A stretch of DNA of 64,000 bases, from positions 55,242,001-55,306,000 of the forward strand of contig OX597820.1 in assembly GCA_951406725.2 (NCBI GenBank), written 5' to 3'. Each line of letters opens with the position of its first letter. Within the stretch, counting starts at the first letter, position 1. A program made the position numbers and the translations under genes. This document shows positions 47,913 to 60,459 of the stretch, piece by piece. The notes beneath the pieces are model-generated. The model had not been told where the DNA came from, did not search any database, and saw only the letters and a list, made by a program, of their open reading frames with translations. The stretch is from Octopus vulgaris. Taxonomy: Eukaryota.

Positions 47913-50085
47913 AGAGAAATTTTTATTTTTATTTTAAATACCTACTGTTTTATTACTTGGCAACATGTGTTTCATGAGGTACATCCTCAGGTTCCTAAAC
48001 CACTCCATGCTTCTCTGGAACCCCTCTCAAGATACCACCCTAATCATCAGGCCCTTATATAACTTTATCAACGTTCAATACAATAAACTATATTTTAATT
48101 TTTTAAATCCCTTAAGTATGTGTAAAATAGGTATGTTTAAATTAGGTATATTTAAATTAGTTTCGCTGGACTCTACAGTACAAGCCATAATTCAGATAAA
48201 AATTCAAACAAAGATAAAAAGTTACAGAAATGAAAGTTACATGAATAAAGTAAGGAATAATAAAAAAAAAATGAAAATTTACAAAAACTATGTTAGTAAT
48301 ATGTAGTGCTCCAAATAAAATTAAATTTACAAATCCTGTGTTAATAATATATAAAAAAAATTGTGAATAAAAATGAAAGGAGTAGCAAGAAAAATATATA
48401 CGAATAAAAATAAATATGAATAAAGATAAAAATAAAAATAAAAATAAATGGGATAGCAAGAAAAATATACACGAATAAAAGTTAATAAACATGGAGGCAA
48501 TGACGAAAAGATAATTTCAAATAGAAGAGCTATAGTTCTAATACGAACTTCAAAATTTCAAGTGATACGAATGGTAACTTTTTTTTTAATTTACAAAGTA
48601 AAATAAAATAAAATAAAGATAACTTGATGGTAAAGTAAAGAAAATATGCAATTCACCGATATCTCCATTATCCTACAACGTCTTAATTATGGCCCGACAT
48701 TGCAAAGTCTAGCGAAATACTCTCACCCTATTTCCTGCTACTTTAAACTATTATTTAATTAACATATTGTCTAAATAGTAAAACATGGTTCACGAAACTT
48801 CAAAAATGTGCATCATAGGAATATTACTTTTTTTATTTTGTATAATTCCATATTATTCCACCCATTTAATCCCACACTAGTTATTATTCATCGTAATGGT
48901 AAGTTTTTATTCATATTAAATAATTATATAATTATAGTATTAACCATACTTACACTAAAATTTAGGGTTATTTGTTATTAATAAGGCATTTTAGTCTATG
49001 TTTACATTTAATTTTACGTTCATCCTGAGCATTAAGAAGCTCCGTTTTAGGCCATGATATCGCCATGAATTCATGGGTACATAATAGACATGACCTATTT
49101 CCTATTCTATAAGATTTAGCTTTACATATTAATTCATAATTAATTTCTTTCATTTTTAAACTCCAAACGTATTTACTTAGTCCTGTAGAAGTTTCTTATT
49201 TTTACATGAATTCAAGTGATGTGCTATTCACTGTTTAATTTTATTCGATGTCGAACCTATATACATTTTATCTGGGTATTTTTCAATATCTGTATTATTT
49301 ATTCCACTATTTTCGTTCCCATCTCCTTTTACCGAAACCACACATTTATATACTACATCACTAACATTACATCTTCCATTAAATTTACACTGGTTTTTAT
49401 CTCTACAGTACAACTATTATGGTCTCTATAACTCCTATTCATATCCTTATTTAATTTGTCATGGTAATATTTATTCAACCTATGCTTATTAATTCATGAT
49501 ATAATATTCCCTACATTATTAGTCATTGAATACCCCATTCCCATATTATTTTTAGAGAATATTTCGATATATTTTTTATTTTCCGTAATAAACGATTCAA
49601 TAGTATTAGTAATATCTTTAATGATACTACTTTTAACTTGAGTACCGTATGAGACAATTAACCATATCATTTTATTATTTTTCTTTATGTTTATGTTATT
49701 ATTAATCCCCTTATCTTTATTTACCCTAGTCTCGTTATTATCTTCTATATTATTTAATGTATTGTCTCCAATATGATTTACTTTTAATTTTAAATCCTTC
49801 CCCTTTAATCTCAACCTATCTATATACTTTATATCATTTATATTTTTCCTGTTTATTACCCTCTTTAATTCAATTTTATTATGGTATGTTCTTCTATTAT
49901 TACTTTTATACATATCATTTTCATTTTTATTTTTATTATAATATACGTTTCTGTTCTCGTCTATATTTACATTTATATTACTCCCTATATTAACACTATT
50001 TAGGTTACTTACGTTATTCTGTTTTATATAATAATTATTCCTATTCATATTCTTATTATAGAATTTAATTTCGTCATTATAACCA
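47905..50085 (-). mobile_element. Penelope-like element 3' part with GIY-YIG endonuclease (decayed)
   Basis: CRDKNQCKFNGRCNVSDVVYKC...MYIGSTS...CLLCTHE...LLN..DE...CKH; Asn-rich linker; degenerate hammerhead CTGAGGA...GAAAC at 47959-47995. Confidence 0.85.
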
Positions 50086-50146
50086 GTGATATATATATAT
50101 CACTAGGAATTCTGTATTTGTTTAATTTTTTATGTCTCATTTGCAG

Positions 50147-50373
50147 GTAGCGCCCTCTCACAGAGTGCTAAAATAATCCGGGAAGGAATCAAGAGACATA
50201 AATTGGTGAAGAACCAAGCAAGATCTCAGGGCAGGAAAATCAGTAGCCTTGATGCAGCCAAGAAGGAGAATGGGGGATCATTTGATGCTGAAACTGTTGA
50301 CGGAGTCTTGAGTTCTTTGAAAGTTTTACCTGTGTTTATTGCTATCATCTTTTATTGGGCAATTTATTCCCAA
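50147..50373 (+). CDS. SLC15A4: SLC15A4-like exon
   Basis: ttgcag|GT AGC...CAA|gttagt; 227 bp; (G)SALSQSAK...LDAAKKENGGSFDAETVDGVLSSLKVLPVFIAIIFYWAIYSQ. Confidence 0.93.
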
Positions 50374-50930
50374 GTTAGTAGAACACTATGATTATATTTC
50401 ATCTCTCTTTGATATTTTCTGCATTGTAATCTTCTGAGAATTTGGGTTGGAAATTGACAAGAATGGTAGGTAGCACACTAGGTTAAAAAGACTAAAAATC
50501 TTGTGGCATTTTAGTTTTGTCCCTTGATTTGAATTTAAATGCTACCTGGACCACCTTTGTCCCTCATCCCTTCAGGAGTCAATAAAATAATTATGTTACG
50601 TACTGAGGTTATTTCTCCAAACTGTACCTCCATGAATATTGCCTTGTGACAAAGTAAGAAACTAGTCAGTTAAAGTGACACTGTATTATATTATTTCAGA
50701 GGTGTACTTGTCAGGTATGTGATTTGACTTGAGACCATATCGTCATCATCATGTTGAAACTAAAATGATTACAATATGGAAGACATGTATTAACCACTCA
50801 AAAACATGAAGACTGTTAACTTCACTTAACTTAAGCCATGTTGCAATTCATGTGACAACAATAATAAATGTTTAAGTGAAGTTAAGTCTTTGTAGTGTAA
50901 GATAACAGAGTAGTGCCATTAGTAGAAGAA

Positions 50931-51301
50931 ATTAGGAAAGTAAAGGAAGAGGGTGAAATAAAATAAATTTAAATAAAATGAAACTAGATAAAACAAAGTA
51001 AAAAATAAAAAAATAGTAGAGTCCAAGAAGGTAGGAGGTGATTTAATTTTCATGATAGATTTAGGGGACATAAAAGTTTTAAAGGTTCATGGATACAAGA
51101 GATTAAAGATATATAAAAGGTTTTATATCTACTAATATCTTATATTCATGAAACTTTAAATCATTTATATCCCTAAATTTATTGTGAAAATTAAACCTCT
51201 TCACACCTTGTACTCTACTATTTTTATTTTTTACTTTGTTTTATCTTGTTTCATTTTAATTAAATTTATTTTATTTCACCCTCCTCTTTTACATTCCTAA
51301 T
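50931..51301. repeat. About 370-bp AT-rich imperfect palindrome (foldback)
   Basis: attaggaa.gtaaa..agagggtgaaataaaataaattt pairs with aaatttattttatttcaccctc..tttac.ttcctaat; centre atataaaa-gg-ttttatat at 51119-51120. Confidence 0.85.
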
Positions 51302-51304
51302 GTG

Positions 51305-51790
51305 ACTTGTGAAAGCTATACAGACCATGTACAGAGACATTGGAATTAAGGTGAGAGTTAACCGCAAGTACAGTGAAGAATTTGATGTGCAAGTAGGAGT
51401 TCATCAAAGCTCAGTCTTCAGTTTCCTCCTTTTCAATCATTGTCCTCCTGGCCATAACAGTGGAATTCAAGACTGGCACCCCCTACAAACTACTATATGC
51501 TGATGATCTTGCCCTCACAGCAGATTCTATATCAGAGTTAGAAAAGAAATTCCAAGTGTAAAAGCAAAACCTGGAATCTAAGGGCCTTAAGTTTAACTTA
51601 GCAAAGACTAAGATTTTAATAAGCAAGAAAACAGACAAGACACTATCCACTTCAGGTAAGTGGCCCTACTTGATTTGTAGGAAAGGTCTAGGCAGAAATT
51701 CCATGCTGTGTACCCAATGTAAGCTATGGACACACAGAAGGTGCAGTGTAATAATAGTAAGATTATCAGAGAGTGTAGTGTTTATATGTC
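51305..51790 (+). mobile_element. Old RTE RT fragment
   Basis: KAIQTMYRD...VQVGVHQSS...LLYADDL with frameshifts. Confidence 0.8.
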
Positions 51791-51846
51791 ATAAAAGGTT
51801 CTACAAGTGCTGACTATATTATCTTTTCTATTATTTTCAATTTCAG

Positions 51847-52030
51847 ATGTCTTCCACATATTTCCTACAAGGAACTGTTATGGACATTTCCATCAATGGT
51901 GCTCCAATGCCAGTTGCAGTATTAAATGTCTTCAATGTGGTCATCATTCTAATTCTGATTCCTATCCTAGACTTTGTCTACAGATATCTCCAGAAGATTG
52001 GCAAAAATCCAACACCGCTGCAACGTATTG
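51847..52030 (+). CDS. SLC15A4: SLC15A4-like exon
   Basis: tttcag|ATG...ATT G|gtaaat; 184 bp; MSSTYFLQGTVMD...PVAVLNVFNVVIILILIPILDFVY...TPLQRI(G). Confidence 0.93.
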
Positions 52031-52115
52031 GTAAATAACTGTTTCTGTTGCTGTTGTTCTTGATATGCTTCAGGTCAGCCCTGGCCAAGTGATCAGATGT
52101 ATATCATCGTCATCG

Positions 52116-52150
<35 letters not shown>

Positions 52151-52625
52151 GTTCACTTTTCCATACTTGCATGGGACAGAGTTTACTGAGGAAGATGTGT
52201 GTGTGTAACTAACTAACTACCAGACAGTCTGTTGGTTAAGACAGGTGTTCCAGTTGATACAATCAATAGAACAGCCTACTTTGGAAATTTACATACAAGT
52301 GGCTGAGCACTCCTCAGACACATGTACCTTTAACGTAGCTCTGAGGGAGATTCAGTATGACACAGAATTTGAAATACAGATACTACTCATTTTTGCCAGC
52401 TGAGTGGATGGGAGGGATGTGAAATAAAGTTTCTTGCTCAAGGAGCCAGTGTGTTCCCAGGTATCAACCTCATGACATCAAAATTGTGAGCCAAGTACTT
52501 TAACCACTTAGCTATGTGCCTTCACACACACATATATAAATACATATACATATGTATATACATGTTTCACAGTCTGTTGTGTATTGTTGAATACTCATTA
52601 TTATTTCTTCATCTCTTTTCTCTAG

Positions 52626-52826
52626 GGTTTGGATTAGTATTAACTGCACTATCAGTGGCTGTAGCTGGAATTGTGGAAATATTCCGAGTAAAAGAATTGA
52701 GGGCACATGGAGGTGTAGTACAGTGCTTGGCCAATAAACCTTACAATGCTTCTCATATTTCTATATTTGCCCAGATTCCACAGTTTGCACTCATTGGCTC
52801 TAGTGAAGTATTTACCAGTGTCACAG
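52626..52826 (+). CDS. SLC15A4: SLC15A4-like exon
   Basis: ctctag|GG TTT...ACA G|gtaaaa; 201 bp; FGLVLTALSVAVAGIVEIFR...ISIFAQIPQFALIGSSEVFTSVT(G). Confidence 0.93.
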
Positions 52827-53089
52827 GTAAAAACAAATATAAATTTGTTATTTGTTTAATGCCTTTTTTCATACCTATTTATTTATTGCTTTTTATTTCT
52901 CCTCATTGCACATACACATGTGTTCTACATCATATTGAAAAGGATTAATAATCCTTCATCACTATACCTTTTATCTGTGTCCACTCACTATTTTTGTAAC
53001 TAATACTACAACAGTCTTTGCTCTTCTGAACACTTGCTGAGAACATGCAACTTTCACGAAAACATTTACGTTTATTTGTTTCACTTGCT

Positions 53090-53472
53090 TCTCTTTTACT
53101 CTTTTACTTGTTTCAGTCATTTGACTGTGGCCATGCTGGGGCACCACCTTTAGTCGAGCAAATCAACCCCAGTACTTATTTTTTGTAAGCCCAGTACTTA
53201 TTCTATCGGTCTCTTTTGCCGAACCGCTAAGTTACAGGAACATAAACACACCAGCATCGGGACAAACACAGACACACAAACATATGCACACATACACACA
53301 CACACATATATGCGACGGGCTTCTTTCAGTTTCCGTCTACCAAATCCACTTACAAGGCTTTGGTCAGCCCGAGGCTATAGTAGAAGACACTTGCCCAAGG
53401 TGCCACGCAGTGGGACTGAACTCGGAACCATGTGGTTGGTAAGCAAGCTACCTACCACACAGCCACTCCTAT
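53090..53472 (-). mobile_element. SINE family A
   Basis: Reverse complement of the 21125 copy. Confidence 0.9.
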
Positions 53473-54094
53473 GCTTCTCTCACTTCTACATTTTACTTAA
53501 GCCACACTTCACAACTGATAAACTTTGAAGTGAATATATTGCTTAATCTGGCTTCCCCTAGAAAAAGTAACACATATTTTGAACCAACCACCTCTACATT
53601 GCTATTATGATAAATTCTATCCCCTCTTTGTAGCTCTTGTAGAAAGACTCCCTGTGGTCACTCAATCTGCCAGATATAGCAACCAAATCCTATTCAGTTT
53701 GGTAATGTTGTACAAAATATTACCTTGCCTTACGTTAGGTCCTCAATCCTTGATAAAGTTGCAGGAGTGTTGTTGTAACTTCTAGTGTGTCTTGGACTTT
53801 TAAAAATCAGGTAAGGTAAGGTAATATCTAGTACCACCTTCATCATGTCTGATCACAACCAATAAATGGGAGAGAGAGAGAGAGAGAAAGAAATAGGGAG
53901 AGAGAGAGTGAGAAAGAAAGGGAAGAAGTGACTTGTATTAGAGTGGTACTTTATTTATCTGTCCAAAAAGAATGAAAACGATGTTGACATCAGTGGAATT
54001 TTCACAGAGCACAGAGAGTGGGAATGAATACTGTAATGCTTTAATGAAGCTGACAATTCAATACCTTGACACCAAGGAGGAATATACAAAATGG

Positions 54095-54541
54095 TTTAAT
54101 AACAGAAGGCAAGGTTTACGATATCTAAGGAATATCGTCTCCTTCCATCATCCTTTTGTTCTTCAAGTAGTTCAGGCTTTCGGCAGGTGAAGAGAAAAGA
54201 CTTCAAGTACAACTGGTTTATTTACAGGAAAGGTGAAGTGTGCTGCTCTCAGCTACCATCTTAAGCTCTTAAGGTTTATAGTGTGGGCACATTGCTTCTG
54301 GAGATAGACAGGCAGAAAACCTCTGCCAGTGTTGGTGTTCAGCCAGTGCTGCTGTGTAATGGTGCCAAAGAAGAGGAATTTGAAGAGGGTTTTTCCCTTT
54401 ATATAGTTTTCTCCACAACAAGCCTCGTTGTGATCTCGCGCATGGCAAATGGATGCAGGTGAGGTCTCGCTCCAGTCTCGGAGATGGCAATGGCTACCGC
54501 GAGATCTCATCAAATATGGCACTGCTGCTTGTGCCGCTACA
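54095..54541 (-). mobile_element. Probable solo LTR inserted at a mariner terminus
   Basis: Ends CTACA; on minus TATATAAAGG (about 54397-54406) upstream of AATAAA (about 54217-54222); CpG-rich; left boundary uncertain. Confidence 0.55.
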
Positions 54542-55415
54542 GTGGTATCAAAAAGTTCCCAGACTGGTTATGTTTAAAAAAAAAAAATAACACCATCTCC
54601 TTTGAAATAGTCACCTTGTACAGCAATACACTAGTCCCAGCATTCCTGCCACTTTGGGAATCTGGCTTGGAAGTCGTTTTCTGTAAGCAAGTTGAGGTCC
54701 TTCTGCAAATCACTCTGGATCTTGACAACAGAGTTAAAACAGTGATCTTTCAGCTGCATTTTCCTCTTGGGGAAGAGATGAAAGTCTGTTGGTTCTAAAT
54801 CTGGTAAATTGGGTGGATGTGGAAGCAATACCATTTTGTTTTTAGTGAGAAACTTACGAGTGAGAAGAGCTTGACAGGGTGCATAGCTGCTGTGAAAAAT
54901 CCAATTCTCCATGCTCCACAGATCTGGTCACTTTCGCCAAATCTCCTCCCTCAAGCATTTCAAAGCATCACAGTAGAACTGATGGTCTGGCTTTGCGGGA
55001 TGAATTCTTGATGCACAATACTGTGGGGTTTGAAAAAGCGATGTGCATGCTCTTGATTGAGCTGTGGTTCTGTTGTGTCTCCATCATTCACGGAGATGAA
55101 GGCCTCTTCCATTGCCTTATCACTGTAAGTTGCTAAAGCATGCTCAATGTCTCTGTAACAGACTTCCCAAGTTTAGCACAAAATTTCATGTTCGCACTTT
55201 GTTCCAACTTCCTGTCCATGACAAAAATTGCAGACTACAGCATACATGTCATTGCAAAATACAAATTTCACAACTTGCAAAGTAAACACAGTGATGTGAT
55301 TCAGCACACTACCTCATGAGGGTAACTGCTAGTTCTCACTGCATACATGACTGTGTGCTGCCATCTGTTGACGTGCTACAGAACTACACCAGGAACTTTT
55401 TGATAGCTCTTCTTA
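54542..55415 (-). mobile_element. mariner transposon remnant
   Basis: TIR 'tatcaaaaagttcc' and 'ggaactttttgata'; LPHPPNLPDLEPTDFHLFPK motif (ORF 54631-54912). Confidence 0.85.
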
Positions 55416-55658
55416 TATGCCAGAGAAACCAGGAAACCAGCTCTATGCTCATTATGGAGTGATGCAGACTAACCAAACGACAACAACAATAATATCACCA
55501 CCTATGATGACAACAGATTCAACAAGGTTACTCCCATCACAATCTATAACCACTAATACACTGTCAGTTTTGTGTCCTCTCCCTATTTTTTCAGTCCTTT
55601 CACAACAGTTACTGCGCAGAATGTTATCACAATATTCTGTATGTTTCTTTTTCCTTAG

Positions 55659-55793
55659 GTTTGGAATTTGCATATTCCCAAGCACCTGAAACTTTGAAAG
55701 GTTTGGTCATGGGGATTTTCCTGCTCACAACTGGTTTGGGAAATTTTCTGTCGACAGCTGTCATTGCTATTGTTGATGCAGTGACAAAGAAAG
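55659..55793 (+). CDS. SLC15A4: SLC15A4-like exon
   Basis: ccttag|GT TTG...AAA G|gtaaga; 135 bp; LEFAYSQAPETLKGLVMGIFLLTTGLGNFLS, the EFAYSQAP motif. Confidence 0.95.
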
Positions 55794-57439
55794 GTAAGAC
55801 TTCTAAAAATATATGTGCATGCATGCATGCATGTGTGTGTGCATGTGTGTGTCTTTGTATGATTGTATAGTATTTCCTTGTTATTACTTCCTCATCAGCT
55901 GGTGTTCATTTATCCCCTTACTCTGGCCATTGTCATTTTGTACCAACACACAAAATGTAGAGTTTCATGGAGGAGGCAACAAAAGATTGAAATTACTTAT
56001 TGTCCATATTCTATGTACTGTTCATGCAGTTTTGGTTATTTTTTCTGGTGAGTTTTAGTGCACCTGAGCACTGTATACATTAAGTTCATTATATACATGG
56101 TCTGATCACTTAGTGTCTGGACTATTGCTATAGTAACAAAGCTAAAGCATGCAAAGTAAATCCTCTCAGCACAGATTGACCTTCAACTCTGCTGTGCATG
56201 TGCACTAAGTTTTAATATTCTAGTTCACTTCTGCTGTTTACAGCAGTCCTTGGAAGGAAGATGTGTAGCATGAAATCATCACATTGATGATGATAAAGTT
56301 GTGTACAGAATCTGCATCAAATTTTGCTGCAACTAAAACCCAAGTGTCTTTTTGGTCAGCTGAAAGCAGTTTTGGCATAAACTGTGTTTCATACCCAAAT
56401 CTTCAGTTGATAATAGACTGAACTGAACTGTAACTAACCTGCACATCCTCTGATGGTGAGTCGACGATTTCCCTCTCAGCTGCACGCATATCTACGATGT
56501 TTTTCTCAGTTCTGCTGGTTGTGGGTCTCCCAGAACATTCGTCAATATCATCGTTTTTTGGCCATCTTGGAAACGTCTGAACCAATCGTACACTTGTGTG
56601 TGGTTCATACACTCCTCTCCATACACTTTCTACAACTTTGCGTAGGCCTTTGAGCAGATACCATGACAACTTCCTCTGATATAGTAATTGCGATGATCAC
56701 ACACTACACACCTTCCTTCTAAGCACTGCTGTAAACAGCGGAAGAGAGCTAGAACACTAAAGCTTTGTGCGCATGCACAGCAGAGTTCAAGTTCAATCTT
56801 TGCCAAGCAGCTTTACTCTGTGTGCCTTAGCTTCGTTACTATGGCAACAGTCTTGAGACTTATTGATCACACTTTGTATTATTATTATTATCATAAATAA
56901 TTTACTGCTTTCTGTATTTCAGCTAAGCATGCATTTCCTATTGAAACTTGCTGACTGAAAAGTTCTAATCAGAGTAGAGATTTGGTTGTTGCAATAGATG
57001 AAAAAGGGTCAGCAACCATGAGTTGAAATGGTTCATGGTTTGTAACAGAAATATAAACCAGAATGACTTCTAACTAAGTTGTAATGGCTCTTTACATTCT
57101 AAGTTTTAGTCTGTAGACTTAACTCATCACTCACTTGAACACCACCTCCTGGTTGGTACTTGGGTTCCTTTACAAATTTCACTCTGTTGCAATAATTCAA
57201 TCCAGGTCTCAGATTTTTTTTCAGCCATCTTGGAAACATCTGAACATCTGAACACTCCTCTCCATACGCTTTCTACAACTTTGTGTAGGCTTCTGAGCAG
57301 GTATCACCATGACAACTTCTTCTGTCATGGTCAACGATATACATGAATCAGAATTAACTTCTATTAAATAAGGATTTAATCTCCCTATAATCTACATTCA
57401 GATCATTTATTTATCCTTCTGTTTTCTTCATGTCTATAG

Positions 57440-57645
57440 ATCCCTGGCTGAACAATGATGACATTAATTCAGGCCATCTGGAATATCTCTTCTTCTTACT
57501 TTGTGGTTTGATGACAGTAGCATTTTTCCTCTTCCTGTTCGTAAGCAAGATCATGAAATTTGACAGTGAAGACAAGCTAAAACAGAAGTTGGCAAGACAT
57601 GATATGGAATTAACAGCTGATGAAAATAAAATAACTGAAATTTGA
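57440..57645 (+). CDS. SLC15A4: SLC15A4-like terminal coding exon
   Basis: ctatag|AT CCC...TGA; (D)PWLNNDDINSGHLEYLFFLLCGLM...ENKITEI*; phase 1 matches the previous exon. Confidence 0.93.
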
Positions 57646-60134
57646 TAATTTTAACACATTTTTATAAACTATTATGCATACATATATACATATGCACACA
57701 TATACTCATAATATCATATACATACATTAACATTTGTTAAATGTATGTACTTTGTTGGTTTAAACCCAACATACATACATACACACACACACATATATAT
57801 ATATTATATACAATGCCTGAGCACTGTATACAATAAACTCATCATCATTTTACTATTTTACGTGTGTGCGTGTGAGGTGTGTAAATGAAACAAAAAATAA
57901 AGAAAGAAAATGGTGTGAAAACTTTTTCAAAGATAAAAGAAAGAAATCATTTACATTTCTTTCAAAATGTGATACTTGTTTCAATTGTTTAAAAAGAAAT
58001 TTTGATAAAAGTTAAAAAAACAGAAAATAGATGGGAAATAGATTTATTTTACCTTTTATTTCAGCATGACTAAATCATCCTTTTAAGTAATTGAAACCGG
58101 TACCATATTGTGCTAAAATGCAAATGCATTCTTTTTTTTAACTATGATAAAGATCTCAAAACATTGTCATCTTTTTGTTTCGTAACATAAATTTTCTCAT
58201 GTAAAAATGCTTAAGCATTTCAATATGTATGTTAAATATATATGCCTTTGATATTAAGTAAAGAGTTAAATACTTATGGTATGCAAATTAGTAACTGCAG
58301 TTCTCTGTAGCTATGGGATCTGTGGGGTATATAAATAGATTGGCTGCTTATCCCTTGAGGTTTTGTCAAATGATGTAGACACTGCTGATGACAGCCCACT
58401 TAGATTAAAAAATCAAATTAAAAGGTGTTCTTCATTTTTTTTTCTAGTCTACAGAGAAATAGTTAAATTTCCTATGTTTGTATTTCTACTATATAGGTTT
58501 CCATATATACAGATTTTACATCATATATATAATATATGCGTATATATATGATATATACATATATATGTGCATATGTTTGTATGGTTTGAAATTAAGTAAA
58601 AGTAAAAACATCATAAATCCAATGACAGGAACCAAACCATTCAGTGACTTATTTGCTTTGGAATCAAAAGATGTTTTCCAGCAAGGTGTTCATTGTATTT
58701 CAATCTTAAAATTTTTACAATTTTAACACTGATCATTTATATAGTCATAATAATGTGAATGGCCAAATTAGATAAAAATCTTTTTCCCCCTCCCCATTTC
58801 TGTACCACTTATCAAAGCTACAAGGGCTCTGGATTTTCCATCTGAATTCTCTCCCCACTGCAATATCATATCTTTTTACTAATTTACTGCAGACATCATA
58901 AACCTGACACAACCAATATAAATATGTCATTTCGTAAGTAAATTTTCAATGGATTACACTGATAACTGTTGTTATTTTTATTGTTGTTGTGACAGTTTAA
59001 CTTTTAGCCAACCATGATGAAGTAGACAGATGATCAAAGGCATTCCATTCAAGACCATCCACTCTTTTTAGGGCTCGTTTACTTGTTTCACTCATTGGAC
59101 TGCAGCCATACTGGGGTACTGCCTTGAAGTGTTTAACTGAACAAATCACCTCCAGTACTTATCTTTTAAGTCTTGTATTTGTTCTGTTGGTCTCCTTTGC
59201 CAAACTGCTAAGTTATGAGGTTGTAAACAAACCAACACCAGTTGTCAAGCAGAGTGGTGGAAACACACACACATATAGATATAAATACAACCGGCTACTT
59301 TCAGTTTCCATATCCAAATCCATTTGCAAGGCTTTGGTTGATGTAAATATACATATTTACATTATATATGCAGTGGAACTGACCTTGAAACCATGTGGTT
59401 GGGAAGCAAACTTCTTACCACACAGCTATGCCTGGTATTTAGAAATACGTCATGGCATCTACCACAGTATAGGGTGTTCTAACAGAACATCCACATTTAA
59501 GTGGGGATAAATATTACTGTTCAGTATTAATATTGCACATGTCACTAATATATATTTCTTAAGAAGCTTACTGGCTAATCACAACACCAGCACCTGTTCC
59601 AGCACTGTTATTCTATATATCACTGGCAGAGAGATGGGTCACTGCTGTCTCTAGCAGTCAAGTGTCCATAATTGACAAGACCAAGGAAGGTTGAAATCAT
59701 GTGACCTGTTGGTCTCAGCACAGGAGCTTATGAGGCTTTACCTTCCTGCTAGCAATATAAGCAAGAGGCATTTTGCACCAAAAGGCTATATGAAAGCTCT
59801 CTCATGATATCTACCACTGTATAGTCTGTTTCCAAAAGTAATTCCAAAAGTGGCAAGAATGCTGGAACTGGAGTATTGCTGCACAAGGTGACTATTTCAA
59901 AGGAGACAATGCTAAAACTTAGGTAAATAAGTTATTTTTTATTAAATATAACTTCTGGGAACTTTTTGATATCACCTTGTAAAGTTGCAAAGTATATGGT
60001 ATGAGGTTTCACTGATTTTCCCAATCTGCTGTAATAATGAGTTATTTATGAGTTAACAGAAAGAAAAAAAATAAACAAGAGAACTCAGTAACCAATTCTG
60101 ACTTTTAATTCATTGGTATAAATATTTTGATTGT

Positions 60135-60216
60135 TTAACAATTCAAGCAGCTGTATTTTATTTTACTTTCAATAACATCCTTCAACCACTTTTCTCGAAA
60201 GCGAGTTTTGCCAGGC
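60135..60216 (-). CDS. AKAP14: AKAP14-like terminal coding exon
   Basis: cttcag|G CCT...TAA on minus; (R)PGKTRFREKWLKDVIESKIKYSCLNC*, matching the AKAP14 C-terminal RFREKWLKD.IESK motif. Confidence 0.9.
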
Positions 60217-60371
60217 CTGAAGAAGAAGAAAGAAATTTAAATAAGTGATAACTTTTGTGAGATTTAAACTAAAACATAAAAAAGTACCGAACTAAATACT
60301 AACTGCAAAGCATATATCCATTGCCCTGCCACTTCTGCTACTCACTGCTGATGACTATGGTTTATATATGC

Positions 60372-60431
<60 letters not shown>

Positions 60432-60459
60432 CTGTATGTATATATATATATATATATAT

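Noticed and set aside
49494-50048. 184-aa Asn-rich ORF as a novel gene
   Set aside because: Lies in line with the downstream GIY-YIG fragments; low-complexity linker of a decayed Penelope-like element.
57617-57645. CTGATGA...GAAA inside the last SLC15 exon as a hammerhead
   Set aside because: No stem I or II pairing; chance match in coding sequence.
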